A stretch of 64,000 nucleotides of DNA from an uncultured delta proteobacterium (GCA_963814585.1 CAWFDF010000004.1:256001-320000); one strand, 5' to 3'. Shown: positions 20,863 to 32,508, counted from the stretch's first letter. Notes: generated by a model from the sequence alone, not told the origin. Numbers and translations: made by a program.

Positions 20863-22158
20863 TCAGGGGGTGGCGGTCGGAAGCGGGCGGGGCGAGGGCG
20901 GGGCGCGGACGGCCCGCAGCCGGGTCACCCGGCGCGGATCCGCATCGCTCACGGTGAGGATCCAGCCGTGCCAGAAGAAGCGGTCGCCCTGGGCGGGGAT
21001 GGCGCCGGCCAGGGCGTTGAGGAAGCCGGCCACGGTCTCGGCGTCGCCATCCTCGGGCACGCTGGCCCCGGTGGCGCGGTTGAACTCGGCGATCGAGGTG
21101 GTCCCGAGCACCGTGAAGCTGCCGTCGGCGTGGGGCTCGACCGCCCGCCCGCCGTCCTCCTCCTCGAACTCGTCGTGGATGTCGCCGACGATCTCCTCGA
21201 GCACGTCCTCGATGGTGCAGAGCCCCATCACGCCACCGAACTCGTCCACCACCAGGGCCATGTGGAGCCGCTTGCGCTGCATCTCCCGCAGCAGCTGCTC
21301 GATGGGCTTCGACCAGGGCACGAAGTGGGCGGGCCGGAGCAGGTCGCGCAGCACGATGAGGTCGGGGTGGGCCAGCATGGGCACCAGGTCCCTGGCGTGC
21401 AGCACGCCGACGATCTGGTCGAGGTGCCCGTGGTAGATGGGCACCCGCGAGTGGCCCTCCTCGGCGAGCCGCCGGATGATCTCGGCGACCGGGGTGTCGA
21501 GCTCCATGGCCTGCACGGCGGGGCGCGGCACCATCACGTCGCGCGCCACCTTCTCGCGGAACTTGAAGACGGCGTGGATCAGCTCGCTGGTCGAGGCCCC
21601 CTGCCCGTGGGCGCGGGCGTACTCGGCCAGCGCCCGCTCCATCTCGGCCAGCGGGGGGCGCGGCAGGGTGAAGCGGGCCTGCCCGCCCGAGATGGCCGCC
21701 ACCAGCCGCCCCAGGGGCCCCAGCCCGAGGCGCAGCCCTCGCGCCGGCACCGCCAGGGCCAGCGCCACGCCCTCCCCGTGGGCGGCGCCCAGGCCGCGCC
21801 CGACCGCCGAGAGCAGCAGCGAGAGCAGCCCGGTGATGAGGACCAGCAGGAGCGCGGCCACGAACGGCGAGCGCTCGGGGAAGACCAGCGCCCCGGCGGT
21901 GGCGGAGAGCAGGCCCGCCAGCACCACCGTGGCGGTCTCGACCACGCGCACCACCGCGCCGGTGCCCTCCGGATCCTCGGCCAGCGCCGCCACGCTGCGC
22001 GCCCGCCGGCCCGCCCTGGGCGCGGCCCCCAGCTCGATGGCCCGGGGCTGGCCGAGCGCCACCAGCGCCGCCTCCAGCGCCGCGGCCAGCGCGCGCAGCA
22101 GCAGCAGGGCGCCGACCGCCGCCAGCGCCTTCAGTGCCAGGCCGACCGAGTCGTCCAC
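20863..22158 (-). CDS. Hemolysin/TlyC-CNNM family protein (membrane domain, CBS pair, CorC/HlyC domain)
   Basis: C-terminal part of ORF 20863..23556. AALEAALVAL, ARDVMVPR, GHSRVPIY, MALVVDEFGGVMGLCTIEDVLEEIVGDIHDE. Start at GTG 22158 is approximate. Confidence 0.85.
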   Translation of the reverse strand: MDDSVGLALKALAAVGALLLLRALAAALEAALVALGQPRAIELGAAPRAGRRARSVAALAEDPEGTGAVVRVVETATVVLAGLLSATAGALVFPERSPFVAALLLVLITGLLSLLLSAVGRGLGAAHGEGVALALAVPARGLRLGLGPLGRLVAAISGGQARFTLPRPPLAEMERALAEYARAHGQGASTSELIHAVFKFREKVARDVMVPRPAVQAMELDTPVAEIIRRLAEEGHSRVPIYHGHLDQIVGVLHARDLVPMLAHPDLIVLRDLLRPAHFVPWSKPIEQLLREMQRKRLHMALVVDEFGGVMGLCTIEDVLEEIVGDIHDEFEEEDGGRAVEPHADGSFTVLGTTSIAEFNRATGASVPEDGDAETVAGFLNALAGAIPAQGDRFFWHGWILTVSDADPRRVTRLRAVRAPPSPRPLPTATP

Positions 22159-22181
22159 GTGAGTGCCCAGCCCCAGGACGT

Positions 22182-23321
22182 CTAGAAGCTGCCTCCCACG
22201 GCCAGCATAGCGCCTCCGGGGAGGAGCACGGGGACCGCGGTGGTCCGGGTCGCCGGCGGGGCCGCGGCGGCGGCGTCCTGCACCATGGCGGCCACCAGCA
22301 GCCCGCCGGCCGCCAGCGCGCTGGCGCCGGCCACCGCCCAGGAGACGTTGGCGATGGTGGCCTGCTGCTGCGCCTGGTCGTGCAGGTCGACGGCCCGGGT
22401 GCGCACCGTCTCCAGCTGGTACTCGTCGTAGCTCTGGCTGGCCTGGTGGCCGAAGTAGATCCCCGAGCCGGCCGCCGCCACGGCCACGCCCGCCGAGACC
22501 CAGCCCCAGGTCCAGAGGCGGGAGCGCGCCGCCTCGCCCATCAGCTGCACCGGCACCAGCTCGGCGGTGACCGGGACGGTCTGGCCGGCCGGCACCATGA
22601 CGGTGGTCGACCAGCGGACGAAGCCGTCCTTCTGCACCGTGACGGTGTGCGGCCCTTCCAGCACCCGGGGCGCCTCCTTCAGCGGGCTCGCTCCCAGCGA
22701 GCGGCCGTCGAGCGTCACCACCGCCCCGGCCTGGTCGACGGCGACCCGGATCACGCCGGTGGTGTCGAGCCGCTGCCCGGTGGCCGCCTCGTGGCCGAGC
22801 CGCCGCGCCGCGTCCACCAGCTCCCGCTCGGTGGCGTCGAGCAAGGTGGCGGTGACCCGGGCCAGCGTCCGGCTCCTCTTCACGTCGATCACCTTGACGG
22901 TGAGCAGCGAGGTCCGCTCCAGGATGGTGAGCGAGCCGGAGAGGAGCCGGTCCGAGTCGAGCGCGCCGGCCAGCTCGGCCATGCAGCCCTGGTCCTCGGT
23001 GCAGCCCAGCATCTGGCGCGTCCGCTCCAGGCCCAGCATGGCCGCGATGTCGCCCTGCGAGAGCACCTGCAGGTCGGTCGCGGCGGCGGCGCCGCCGGCG
23101 GCGGCGTCGGCGAGCACCCGGGCCAGGTCGGGGTGGGCCGAGCCGGCCAGGGTGAAGTCGAGGACCGCCATCCGGTGCGTGGCCTTGGCCTTGGCCTTCG
23201 GCACGGGTGACGGGGTGGCCGTCCTGGGAACGGGCGGTGGCGGGAGCGGGACGTCGCCGGGCCGCTCCTGCGCCAGGGTGGGGGACGAGACCAGGACCAG
23301 CGCGAGGGCGAGGTGCTTCAT
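22182..23321 (-). CDS. Exported PEGA-domain protein with C-terminal membrane segments (myxobacterial type)
   Basis: Signal peptide MKHLALALVLVSSPTLA, CTEDQGC, PEGA pattern (GAVVTLDGRSLGASP..GPHTVTVQKDGF), terminal GGSF. Confidence 0.72.
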   Translation of the reverse strand: MKHLALALVLVSSPTLAQERPGDVPLPPPPVPRTATPSPVPKAKAKATHRMAVLDFTLAGSAHPDLARVLADAAAGGAAAATDLQVLSQGDIAAMLGLERTRQMLGCTEDQGCMAELAGALDSDRLLSGSLTILERTSLLTVKVIDVKRSRTLARVTATLLDATERELVDAARRLGHEAATGQRLDTTGVIRVAVDQAGAVVTLDGRSLGASPLKEAPRVLEGPHTVTVQKDGFVRWSTTVMVPAGQTVPVTAELVPVQLMGEAARSRLWTWGWVSAGVAVAAAGSGIYFGHQASQSYDEYQLETVRTRAVDLHDQAQQQATIANVSWAVAGASALAAGGLLVAAMVQDAAAAAPPATRTTAVPVLLPGGAMLAVGGSF

Positions 23322-24697
23322 GGGCAGGCTCCTCCCGTGGGCGGCTTGCCGGTGACCGTGCTGGTCCCGTCGGGCGTGCAGGTGAAGCCGCAGGCGACCG
23401 GCTCGCAGTAGCTGGCGACGGGCGTGAGGGTCGGATCGCCGGCCCGCAGGGCGCAGTCGACCCCGGCCGCCGGGCCGGGGCAGTGGCAGGCGCCGGCCAC
23501 GCCCGGTCCGGCCAGGCAGGCGGGGGGGAGCCCGGTCTGCGACTCCAGGCCCGCATAGAGGCAGGCGGCGCAGAAGGGGGTGGTGGCCGACACCGGAGGT
23601 GGCACCGGCACCAGCCCCACGCAGGTGCCGTCGGTGCAGGCCAGGCCGCCGCAGTCGCCGCTGACCTGGCACGAGGTCATGGAGGCCAGCAGGGCGGCGT
23701 CGGAGGTGACGTAGGCCGAGCCGACCTCGGCCACCCGGCCCTGCAGCACCACGCCGTACACCGGGGGCGGGCCGACGGTGGGGACGGGCGCGGCGGCGGC
23801 CAGCGGGGCGCCCGGGCCGATCGACCCGGGCCTGGGCAGCGGCGGCGCCGTGGCCGGCGCGATCACGCCGATCGCGTACAGCCCCTCGGGGACCGTCACG
23901 TCCACCGAGCCGTCGGAGGCGGGCGTGATGGGGTTGAGCCCGAGCGGATCGGGCGAGAGGTTGACCGACAGCGAGCTGGCCGGGAGCGACAGCCCGATGG
24001 CCTGGACCCTGAAGCGGAGGCGGCCCGTCGAGGTGGCGGCCCGCGCCGCCACGTTGGCCAGCGTGATGGTCGTCCCTTGCTCGGCCAGCGTGACGTTCAC
24101 CACCACCTGGCCGCCGACCCAGATCCCGTTGAACAGGTCGGTGGCGTGCAGCTTGATGAGGTGCGTCCCCAGCGCCAGCATGGGGAAGCGGAAGGTGACC
24201 GGCGGGGCCGGATCGCCGGGCAAGGCGGTCCCCACCACCAGCGGCGCGGTCTGGCCGCTGGTCTCGTCCACGGCGACCCCGCCGGCGATGGTGTTCCCCG
24301 GCGGGAGCGAGATGCTCCCCTCCACCGCCGCCGAGTAGCGCAGCACCACGTCGCCGAGCTCGATCCCCTCCGGCTGGCCGTCGCTGCCGTAGGCGATGTC
24401 GACGTCGCGCTCCAGGGCCCAGGTGGTGCCGTTGCGGAAGAGGAGTCGGTGCCGGCCCACCGGCAGGTCGAGGACCACGAAGCGTCCATTGGGCCGCGTG
24501 GCCTGGTCGAAGGCCGCCCCCTTGATGGAGACCGCCACGTCGGCCTTGGCCACCGGCGTGCCGCTCCCGGCCACGTCGGCCAGGACGGTGCCGCCGATCT
24601 GGCCGGCGTCGAGCTGCTCGGCGGGGTTGTTGTAGTCGTAGAGGCAGCCGGCGAGCTGCGCGGCGGCCAGCACCACGAGGACACGGTGTGGGTTCAC
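23318..24697 (-). CDS. Lipoprotein with carboxypeptidase-regulatory-like beta-sandwich repeats and a Cys-rich C-terminus
   Basis: AAGGAG RBS before GTG 24697, lipobox LAGC, GRFVVLDLPVGRHRL, more than 10 Cys in the last ~110 aa. Confidence 0.7.
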   Translation of the reverse strand: MNPHRVLVVLAAAQLAGCLYDYNNPAEQLDAGQIGGTVLADVAGSGTPVAKADVAVSIKGAAFDQATRPNGRFVVLDLPVGRHRLLFRNGTTWALERDVDIAYGSDGQPEGIELGDVVLRYSAAVEGSISLPPGNTIAGGVAVDETSGQTAPLVVGTALPGDPAPPVTFRFPMLALGTHLIKLHATDLFNGIWVGGQVVVNVTLAEQGTTITLANVAARAATSTGRLRFRVQAIGLSLPASSLSVNLSPDPLGLNPITPASDGSVDVTVPEGLYAIGVIAPATAPPLPRPGSIGPGAPLAAAAPVPTVGPPPVYGVVLQGRVAEVGSAYVTSDAALLASMTSCQVSGDCGGLACTDGTCVGLVPVPPPVSATTPFCAACLYAGLESQTGLPPACLAGPGVAGACHCPGPAAGVDCALRAGDPTLTPVASYCEPVACGFTCTPDGTSTVTGKPPTGGACP

Positions 24698-24745
24698 GCG
24701 AGCACTCCTTGCGGGGGCCATCGTGCTGGGAGCATATCCATTGTC

Positions 24746-25411
24746 ATGGCGGCGATCGACCTGAGGGGACCTAGCGGGAGGCTGGAGGCGCTGCTCGAGG
24801 AAGTGGCCAGCCCCCGCTTCACGGCGGTGGTCTGCCACCCCCACCCCCTCCTGGGCGGCAGCATGCACACCCACGCCGTCCACCGGATGGCCAGGGCCGT
24901 CCGGCTGGCGGGCGGGGTCTCGCTGCGCTTCAACTACCGGGGGGTGGGGCTGAGCGCCGGCCGGTACGACCGCGGCGTGGGCGAGGCCGACGACGCCGGG
25001 GCCGCCCTCGCCTTCCTGGCCGCCCGCCACCCCGGGAGGCCGCGGCTCTGCTGCGGCTTCTCCTTCGGCGCCTTCGCGGCGCTGGCCGCCGGGCCGCGCG
25101 ATCCCGGGGTGCTCGGCCTGCTGCTGGCCGGGCTGCCGCTGGCGCCGGTCGCCGACCTGCCGCGCGACCTCGGGCCGCTGCGCGCCCTCCCGCTCCCGGT
25201 GGCGGTGGTCCAGGCCGAGCTCGACCAGTTCGGGGCGCCGGAGCAGGTCCGCACGGCGCTGGAGGGCTCGGAAGGGCCGCGGCGGCTGGCCGTGGTGAGG
25301 CGCGCCACCCACCTCTTCACCGAGGCGCTCGACGACCTGCAGCTGGAGGCCGAGGCGGCCGCGGGCTGGCTGCTCGACGCCGGCGCGGCGCGCGCGGAGC
25401 TCCGCCGGTAG
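24746..25411 (+). CDS. Alpha/beta-fold hydrolase
   Basis: GPSGRLEALL, VCHPHPLLGGSM, RFNYRGVGLSAG, GFSFGA nucleophile elbow, ATHLF. Confidence 0.88.
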   Translation: MAAIDLRGPSGRLEALLEEVASPRFTAVVCHPHPLLGGSMHTHAVHRMARAVRLAGGVSLRFNYRGVGLSAGRYDRGVGEADDAGAALAFLAARHPGRPRLCCGFSFGAFAALAAGPRDPGVLGLLLAGLPLAPVADLPRDLGPLRALPLPVAVVQAELDQFGAPEQVRTALEGSEGPRRLAVVRRATHLFTEALDDLQLEAEAAAGWLLDAGAARAELRR

Positions 25412-25443
25412 TCCCGGGCCAGCCGCGGCGGGCGCAGGCGCGA

Positions 25444-25830
25444 TCAGTGGTGGACGCCGGCCGGGGCGGTGATCTCGCCGGCGAAGCGGCGGACATGGGC
25501 CAGCAGGTCGTCGAGGCGGAAGGGCTTGGCCAGGACGGCGGAGACCTCGATGTCCGGGTCGTGGCCGAGCGCCGTCACCACCACCACCGGGATGTCGGCC
25601 AGGTCCGGGTCCTCCCGCTGCACCGCCCGGAACTCCCAGCCGCTCATGCCGGGCATCATCAGGTCGAGCAGGATGAGCGTGGGGCCGAAGCTCCGGCACA
25701 GGACCAGCCCCTCGAGCCCATCGCGCGCCCGGGCGACCTGGTATCCCGCGTACTCGAGCGCGTCGCCGACGACCTCGCGGATGTCGGAGTCGTCGTCGAT
25801 GAGGAGGATGCGGGCCACGCCCATCTCCAT
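25444..25830 (-). CDS. Single-domain response regulator (receiver)
   Basis: ILLIDDD, LILLDLMMPGMSG, VVVTA, LAKPF. Confidence 0.9.
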   Translation of the reverse strand: MEMGVARILLIDDDSDIREVVGDALEYAGYQVARARDGLEGLVLCRSFGPTLILLDLMMPGMSGWEFRAVQREDPDLADIPVVVVTALGHDPDIEVSAVLAKPFRLDDLLAHVRRFAGEITAPAGVHH

Positions 25831-25890
25831 ACGGGAAGTGCCGGCCGGCCGCCACGCCCCGGCCGGGCAGCGATGGGGAGCCAGGCCGCG

Positions 25891-27210
25891 TCAACCGCCC
25901 GAGAACTGGACGCCTTCGAAGACCAGCGTCGGGGAACGGAGGGACGAATATGGGTAGGGGTCGTCGCCGACGGCCACCAGCCGGTGCCAGAGCTCGCGGT
26001 GGTTGCCGGAGACGTTCATCTCGCCCACCGGCTCGGCCACCTGCCCGCCGCGGAGGCGGAAGCCGCGCACCCCGAGGGAGAAGTCGCCGGTGGTGCCGTT
26101 GGAGTTGCCGCCGAGGAAGCCGGTGACCAGCACCCCCTCGCCCACCCCGGCCAGCAGCGCCGCGCGCGGGCGATCGCCGCAGCGCCAGAGCAGGTTGGAC
26201 GGCCGGCCGCTGGTCGGCGGCAGCCCCAGCTTCCGGCCGTAGTAGGTGTCGAGGAACCAGCCGGCCAGCACGCCCCGCTCCACCACCGGGCGCGGCCGCG
26301 CCGCCAGCCCCTCGCCGTCGAAGTGACGCGAGCCGAACCCGCGGGGGACCAGCGGATCGTCGCGCAGGTCGAGGAGGGGGCTGCCGATGGCCTGGCCGAC
26401 CCGACCCTCGAGGAAGGAGCGCTGCTGCTGCAGCGGCGCCCCGTGCATGGGGCCGAGCAGCTGCCCCACCAGCTTGCCGGCGACGCGCGCCTCCACCACC
26501 ATCGGCAGCACCGCCGACTCGCCGCGGGTGGCGCCGAGGCGGGAGAGGGCCCGCTCGGCGGCGCGGCGCCCGACGACCCCGGCCGGCTCGAGGGCGACGA
26601 AGAAGCGGCTGCCGCTGGCGGCCGAGGCCTCGGGGCGGCGGCCGTCGGGATCCCGCACCGTCACGTCGGCGGAGAGCCAGAAGTCGGTGCCGCGCTTCAC
26701 CCCCTCGAAGCCGTTGGTGGCGAAGGAGGCCCCCTCGCTGGCCCCGTCCCAGGCGCCGGTGGAGACCGACAGGATCTTCTCGCCACCCGGCACCTCCCGA
26801 GCCCCCGCCTCCAGCGCCTCGGCCAGCCGCCGGCGCGTCGCCGCGTCCAGGTCCGGCTGCGAGGGGTCCTCCAGCTCGAGGTCGACGTCGGCGCGACCCA
26901 GGTAGAGCCCGGGGTCCGGGAGGCGCCGGTGCGGGTCGGGGGCCAGCGCGCGGGCCAGCGCCACCGCCTCGGCGGCGAAGGCGTCGAGGGCCTCGGGCCG
27001 CAGATCGCTGGTGGAGACGGCGGCGTAGCGACCGCCGGCGTAGACCTCCAGCCCCAGCCCGCGCGTGGTGGCCTCGGAGATCCGCTCCAGCCGCCCGTCG
27101 CGCCAGGCCACCTCGACCTGGCGGGACCGGAAGGCCCCGGTGGCCGCCTCGTCGGCGCCGTGGCGCCGCGCCCGCAGCGCCGCCTCCCGCGCGATCTCGA
27201 GCAGCGTCAC
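25891..27210 (-). CDS. pmbA: TldE/PmbA family protein
   Basis: DDPLVPRGFGSRHFDGEG, FLGGNSNGTTGDFSLG, EPVGEMNVSGN; GTG 27210 overlaps the tldD stop. Confidence 0.88.
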   Translation of the reverse strand: MTLLEIAREAALRARRHGADEAATGAFRSRQVEVAWRDGRLERISEATTRGLGLEVYAGGRYAAVSTSDLRPEALDAFAAEAVALARALAPDPHRRLPDPGLYLGRADVDLELEDPSQPDLDAATRRRLAEALEAGAREVPGGEKILSVSTGAWDGASEGASFATNGFEGVKRGTDFWLSADVTVRDPDGRRPEASAASGSRFFVALEPAGVVGRRAAERALSRLGATRGESAVLPMVVEARVAGKLVGQLLGPMHGAPLQQQRSFLEGRVGQAIGSPLLDLRDDPLVPRGFGSRHFDGEGLAARPRPVVERGVLAGWFLDTYYGRKLGLPPTSGRPSNLLWRCGDRPRAALLAGVGEGVLVTGFLGGNSNGTTGDFSLGVRGFRLRGGQVAEPVGEMNVSGNHRELWHRLVAVGDDPYPYSSLRSPTLVFEGVQFSGG

Positions 27211-28622
27211 GAGCCCCTCCCGCCCACCGTCAGGCTCGAGACCCGCACGGTGGGGAGCCCCTGGGACACCGGCACGCTCTGGCCGTCCTTGCCGCAGGTC
27301 CAGCCGCCCTCGTCGATCTCGAGGTCGTCCCCCACCATGTCCACCCGCTCCAGCGCCTTCGGGCCGTTGCCGATCACGTTCACGTCCTTCACCGGCCTGG
27401 TCAGCTTGCCGTCCTCGATCAGGCAGCCGTTCTTCACGTAGAAGGTGAAGTCGCCGCCGCCGATGTGGACCTGCCCGTTGGAGAAGTTCTCGCAGTAGAG
27501 GCCCCGCTTCACGCTGGCGATGATCTCGTCGGGGTGGTGCGGCCCGGGGAGCATGTAGGTGGCGCGCATGCGCGGCAGCGGCGGGAAGCGGTAGCTCTGC
27601 CGCCGTCCGTTGCCGGTGGGGGCGACGCCGTAGTGGCGCGCCGAGATGGCGTCGTGGAGGTAGGAGGTGAGCACGCCGTCCTGCACCAGCACCGTGCGGC
27701 CGGCGTCGTTCCCCTCGTCGTCGACGTTGATGGCGCCTCGGGCGCCGGGGAGGGTGGCGTCGTCGACGATGCTGACGAAGGGCGGCGCGATCACCTGGCC
27801 CATCCTGTCGGCGTAGATGCTGGTCCCCTTGCGGTTGAAGTCGGCCTCCATGCCGTGGCCGATGGCCTCGTGGAGCAGGATGCCGGAGGAGCCGGCCGCC
27901 AGCACCACCGGCATGTCGCCGGCCGGCGGGGGACCGGCCTCGAAGAGGATGGTGGTCCGGTCGATGGCCTGGCGCACCAGGCGATCGAGCCGGTCCGCCG
28001 TGTAGAACTCCAGCCCGGCGCGGCCGGCCAGGTTGTAGCCGTTCTGCTCGCGCCGGCCGTCCTGCTCCGCCACCACCGAGATGGAGAGGACGGTCATGGG
28101 CTGCCGGTCCTCGGCCAGCCGGCCCTGCGAGTCGGCGATGAGGATGGTGCTGCTCTCGCTGCGCAGGTGGAGGTTGACCTTCTTGACGCGAGGATCGGCC
28201 GCGAAGGCCCGCTCGTTGAGCCTCGACAGCAGGGGCCGCCGCTCCCCGGGCGTCACCTGCTCCCAGGCGCGGCGGAGCGGGTAGCGGTCGGGGCGCGCCG
28301 TGCCGACGTGGAGCGCGGTGGGGGCGGCCCGGGCCGGGCCGTCGGCGATGGCCGCGGCGGTGCGGGCGCACTCGAGCATGGCCGGCGCGGTGAGGTCCTC
28401 GGTGTAGCCGTAGCCGGTCTGGTCGCCGCGGACCACCCGCACGCCGACCCCGAGCGAGACGCCGGCGTGGGCGCGGTTCACCTCGCCGTCCTCGAGCCCC
28501 ATGTCGGAGGCGACGGCGTGCTGGAAGTAGAGGTCGGCGAGGTCGCCCCCGCGCGACAGGGCGGCGGCCAGCGTCTCGCGGATCATCCGCTCGGTGACCC
28601 CGAAGCGGTCGAAGGAGTTCAT
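27207..28622 (-). CDS. tldD: TldD metalloprotease
   Basis: ILLHEAIGHGMEADFNRKG (HExxxH), DDEG, TGNGRRQSY..PLPRMRATY, CGKDGQSVPV; start reassigned to ATG 28622. Confidence 0.92.
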   Translation of the reverse strand: MNSFDRFGVTERMIRETLAAALSRGGDLADLYFQHAVASDMGLEDGEVNRAHAGVSLGVGVRVVRGDQTGYGYTEDLTAPAMLECARTAAAIADGPARAAPTALHVGTARPDRYPLRRAWEQVTPGERRPLLSRLNERAFAADPRVKKVNLHLRSESSTILIADSQGRLAEDRQPMTVLSISVVAEQDGRREQNGYNLAGRAGLEFYTADRLDRLVRQAIDRTTILFEAGPPPAGDMPVVLAAGSSGILLHEAIGHGMEADFNRKGTSIYADRMGQVIAPPFVSIVDDATLPGARGAINVDDEGNDAGRTVLVQDGVLTSYLHDAISARHYGVAPTGNGRRQSYRFPPLPRMRATYMLPGPHHPDEIIASVKRGLYCENFSNGQVHIGGGDFTFYVKNGCLIEDGKLTRPVKDVNVIGNGPKALERVDMVGDDLEIDEGGWTCGKDGQSVPVSQGLPTVRVSSLTVGGRGS

Positions 28623-28677
28623 CCCCCTGTCATAAGGGGTGTCGGCTCCGGACGCGAGAAGTGCTAACCATCGATCC

Positions 28678-29469
28678 ATGCCCACCGCCTCCTTGAACGG
28701 GACCGAGCTCCACTGGCGCGACTCCGGACGTGGCCCGCGCGCCGTCCTCCTGCTCCACGCCTTCCCCCTCCACTCCGGCATGTGGAGCCGGCAGATCGAG
28801 GCGCTGGGCGCCACCCACCGGGTCATCGCGCCGGACTACCGGGGCCTCGGCGGCACCGGCGGCTCGCCCGAGCCCTCGACCATGGCGCTGCTGGCCGGCG
28901 ACGTGCGGGCGCTGCTCGGCCACCTGCGGATCGAGCGGGCCGCGGTGGTCGGCCTCTCCATGGGCGGTTACCTCGCCCTCGAGCTCTGGCGGCAGGCGCC
29001 CGGCCTCTTCACCGGGCTGGCCCTCTGCGACACCAAGGCGGGCGCCGACACCGCCGAGGGGGCGGCGGGTCGCGAGGCCTTCGCGAGGAGCGCGCTGACC
29101 CAGGGGCTCCACTGGGTGGCCGAGCAGATGGTGCCCAGGCTGCTCAAGCCCTCGCCCGACGCCGCCGCGGTGGCCGAGGTGCGCACCCTCATCGGCGGTG
29201 GGACGCCGGTGGGCGTGGCGGCGGCCCAGCGCGGGATGGCCCTCCGCCCCGACTCCGGCCCGACCCTCGGCACCATCACCTGCCCGGCGCTGGTGGTGGT
29301 TGGCGAGGAGGACGGCCTGACGCCTCCGCCCGAGGCCGAGAGGCTGGCCGCCGGGATCCGCGGAGCCCGGCTGGCGCGCGTCCAGGGGGCCGGCCACCTC
29401 CCCAACATCGAGCAGCCGGCCGCCTTCAACGAGGTGCTGACCCGCTTCGTGGCGGGGCTGCCCTCTTGA
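28678..29469 (+). CDS. Alpha/beta-fold hydrolase (enol-lactonase-like)
   Basis: LLLHAFP, APDYRGLG, GLSMGG, GEED, AGHLPNIEQP. Confidence 0.9.
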   Translation: MPTASLNGTELHWRDSGRGPRAVLLLHAFPLHSGMWSRQIEALGATHRVIAPDYRGLGGTGGSPEPSTMALLAGDVRALLGHLRIERAAVVGLSMGGYLALELWRQAPGLFTGLALCDTKAGADTAEGAAGREAFARSALTQGLHWVAEQMVPRLLKPSPDAAAVAEVRTLIGGGTPVGVAAAQRGMALRPDSGPTLGTITCPALVVVGEEDGLTPPPEAERLAAGIRGARLARVQGAGHLPNIEQPAAFNEVLTRFVAGLPS

Positions 29470-30260
29470 GCCGTCGCCGGCCCAGGGCGCGGAGCGGCGC
29501 CGCCGCGGGGTTGCCGCCGATCTACGAGGGGCCGGAGGCGCTCACCGCGCTGCTGGCGCGCGCCGGGGCCGCCCTCACCGCCGAGGAGGTGGCGGCCCGC
29601 TTCACGGCGGCGCAGTCGGCCGGCGAGCCGCGCGCCGTGGTCATCCCCACGCTCTTCGAGGACGAGCCGCGCTTCGGCTCCCCCGACGAGGCGCGCCGGC
29701 TCTACGGGAACCTCTTCGGCCTCTGGGAGCGGCTGGCCGCCGGGCGCGGCCCGCACGACGACGCGCCCGAGGTGGTGCCCGAGCCGCCGCCGCTGGCGCC
29801 GCTGCCGCCGCGCGGCGAGGTCGCCGGTGGGGAGCTGCCGCCGGCGCTGGTGGAGGCCGCCTGGCGCTGGCTGGCGGCGGCGCCACCGCGCCAGGTCAAC
29901 CGGCTCCGGGATCGGTTCGCCAACGTCCAGCCCGACCTGGCGGCCTGGCTCGACACCGTGGCGCTCCCGGCAAGCGGCCTGCTGGCCGCCACCGATCTCT
30001 GCTTCGAGGGCTGGGTGATGTTCGACCTCGCCTTCGGCGACCGGCTCGACGTGGTGGCGTGGGCCTCCATCCGCGAGCTCGCCACCGAGCCACCCGCGCT
30101 GGAGACGACGCAGCCGGCCCTCGCCAGCTACGCCGCGGAGCAGCTCGACCTGCTGGAGGGCGAGGACCCGGCCTTCACGGCGGAGGCGCGCGCCCAGGTG
30201 GAGCGGGTGGTCTCGGCCGTGGTGGCCGCCCTCTCCGGCGCGCTGCGGCTGCCGTCGTAG
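29466..30260 (+). CDS. Hypothetical protein
   Basis: C-terminal part of ORF 28782..30260. TTG overlaps the upstream TGA; host-like codon bias; no motif recognised. Confidence 0.65.
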   Translation: MSRRRPRARSGAAAGLPPIYEGPEALTALLARAGAALTAEEVAARFTAAQSAGEPRAVVIPTLFEDEPRFGSPDEARRLYGNLFGLWERLAAGRGPHDDAPEVVPEPPPLAPLPPRGEVAGGELPPALVEAAWRWLAAAPPRQVNRLRDRFANVQPDLAAWLDTVALPASGLLAATDLCFEGWVMFDLAFGDRLDVVAWASIRELATEPPALETTQPALASYAAEQLDLLEGEDPAFTAEARAQVERVVSAVVAALSGALRLPS

Positions 30261-30275
30261 CTTCCCGGCGCGGCC

Positions 30276-30881
30276 CTAGAAGGACGGCGGCGTGCAGGCG
30301 CTGACGATGGTGCAGACCTCGCCGCCCAGGTTGCGGAAGCGGTGGGGGATCCGGCTCGAGAAGGCGTAGGCGTCGCCGGCCCGCAGCAGGCGGGTCTCCA
30401 TCCCCACCGTCAGCTCGATCTCGCCGCCGACCACCACCCCGCCCTCCTCGCCGTCGTGCCGCAGCATGGCCGCGCCGGTGTCGGCGCCGGGCTGGAGCCG
30501 CTCGTGGAGGAGCTGCAGCGCCTTCCCCTCCAGGTTGGCGCCGACCTGCCGGTAGGAGATCAGTCCTCCGCCAATCTCCACGAGGTCGCTGGCGCGGAAG
30601 AAGGTCCGGGGCGGCCCGGGCCGCCCCGCCGCGAAGAACTCCGCCAGCGACATGGGGATGCCGTCCAGGATCTTCTTGAGCGTCGCCACCGATGGGCTGC
30701 TCCGGTTCTTCTCGATGAGGGAGATCATGCCGTTGGTGACGTCGGCGCGAGCCGCCAGGGCCCGCTGCGAGAGGCCGAGGCGCTCCCGGATCTCCCGCAG
30801 CCGCTCCCCGATGTCGAACCGGTCGGGGGCGGCCGGCACGGCGTCGGCCGGGACGGCGGGACGGGGCTTCCTCGGGTTCAT
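30276..30881 (-). CDS. puuR: XRE-HTH/cupin transcriptional repressor, PuuR/PauR-like
   Basis: GLSQRALAARADVTNGMISLIEKNRSSPSVATLKKILDGIPMSLAEFF, PGADTG..MLRHDGEEGG, HRFRN, ends ACTPPSF. Confidence 0.85.
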   Translation of the reverse strand: MNPRKPRPAVPADAVPAAPDRFDIGERLREIRERLGLSQRALAARADVTNGMISLIEKNRSSPSVATLKKILDGIPMSLAEFFAAGRPGPPRTFFRASDLVEIGGGLISYRQVGANLEGKALQLLHERLQPGADTGAAMLRHDGEEGGVVVGGEIELTVGMETRLLRAGDAYAFSSRIPHRFRNLGGEVCTIVSACTPPSF

Positions 30882-30939
30882 GGGGCTCCTCTTCGGGTCT
30901 GGGTCATCCGTCCCTCATATTCACCACTCTGACGCCTCT

Positions 30940-30957
30940 TGCTTAATATACTAAACA
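30940..30957. promoter_or_regulatory. AT-rich imperfect palindrome TGCTTAATATACTAAACA; candidate PuuR-type operator
   Basis: Conspicuously AT-rich dyad in the divergent puuR/mmsA intergenic region of a very GC-rich genome. Confidence 0.65.
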
Positions 30958-31014
30958 TTGGTAGGGAAGGCGAGCCAGGACACACCCCCACCTCCGGAAA
31001 GCGCAGGGACGATC

Positions 31015-32508
<1,494 letters not shown>

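Noticed and set aside
25891..28622. tldD/pmbA as part of a RiPP cluster
   Set aside because: No precursor peptide, YcaO or other maturase nearby; looks like the housekeeping pair.
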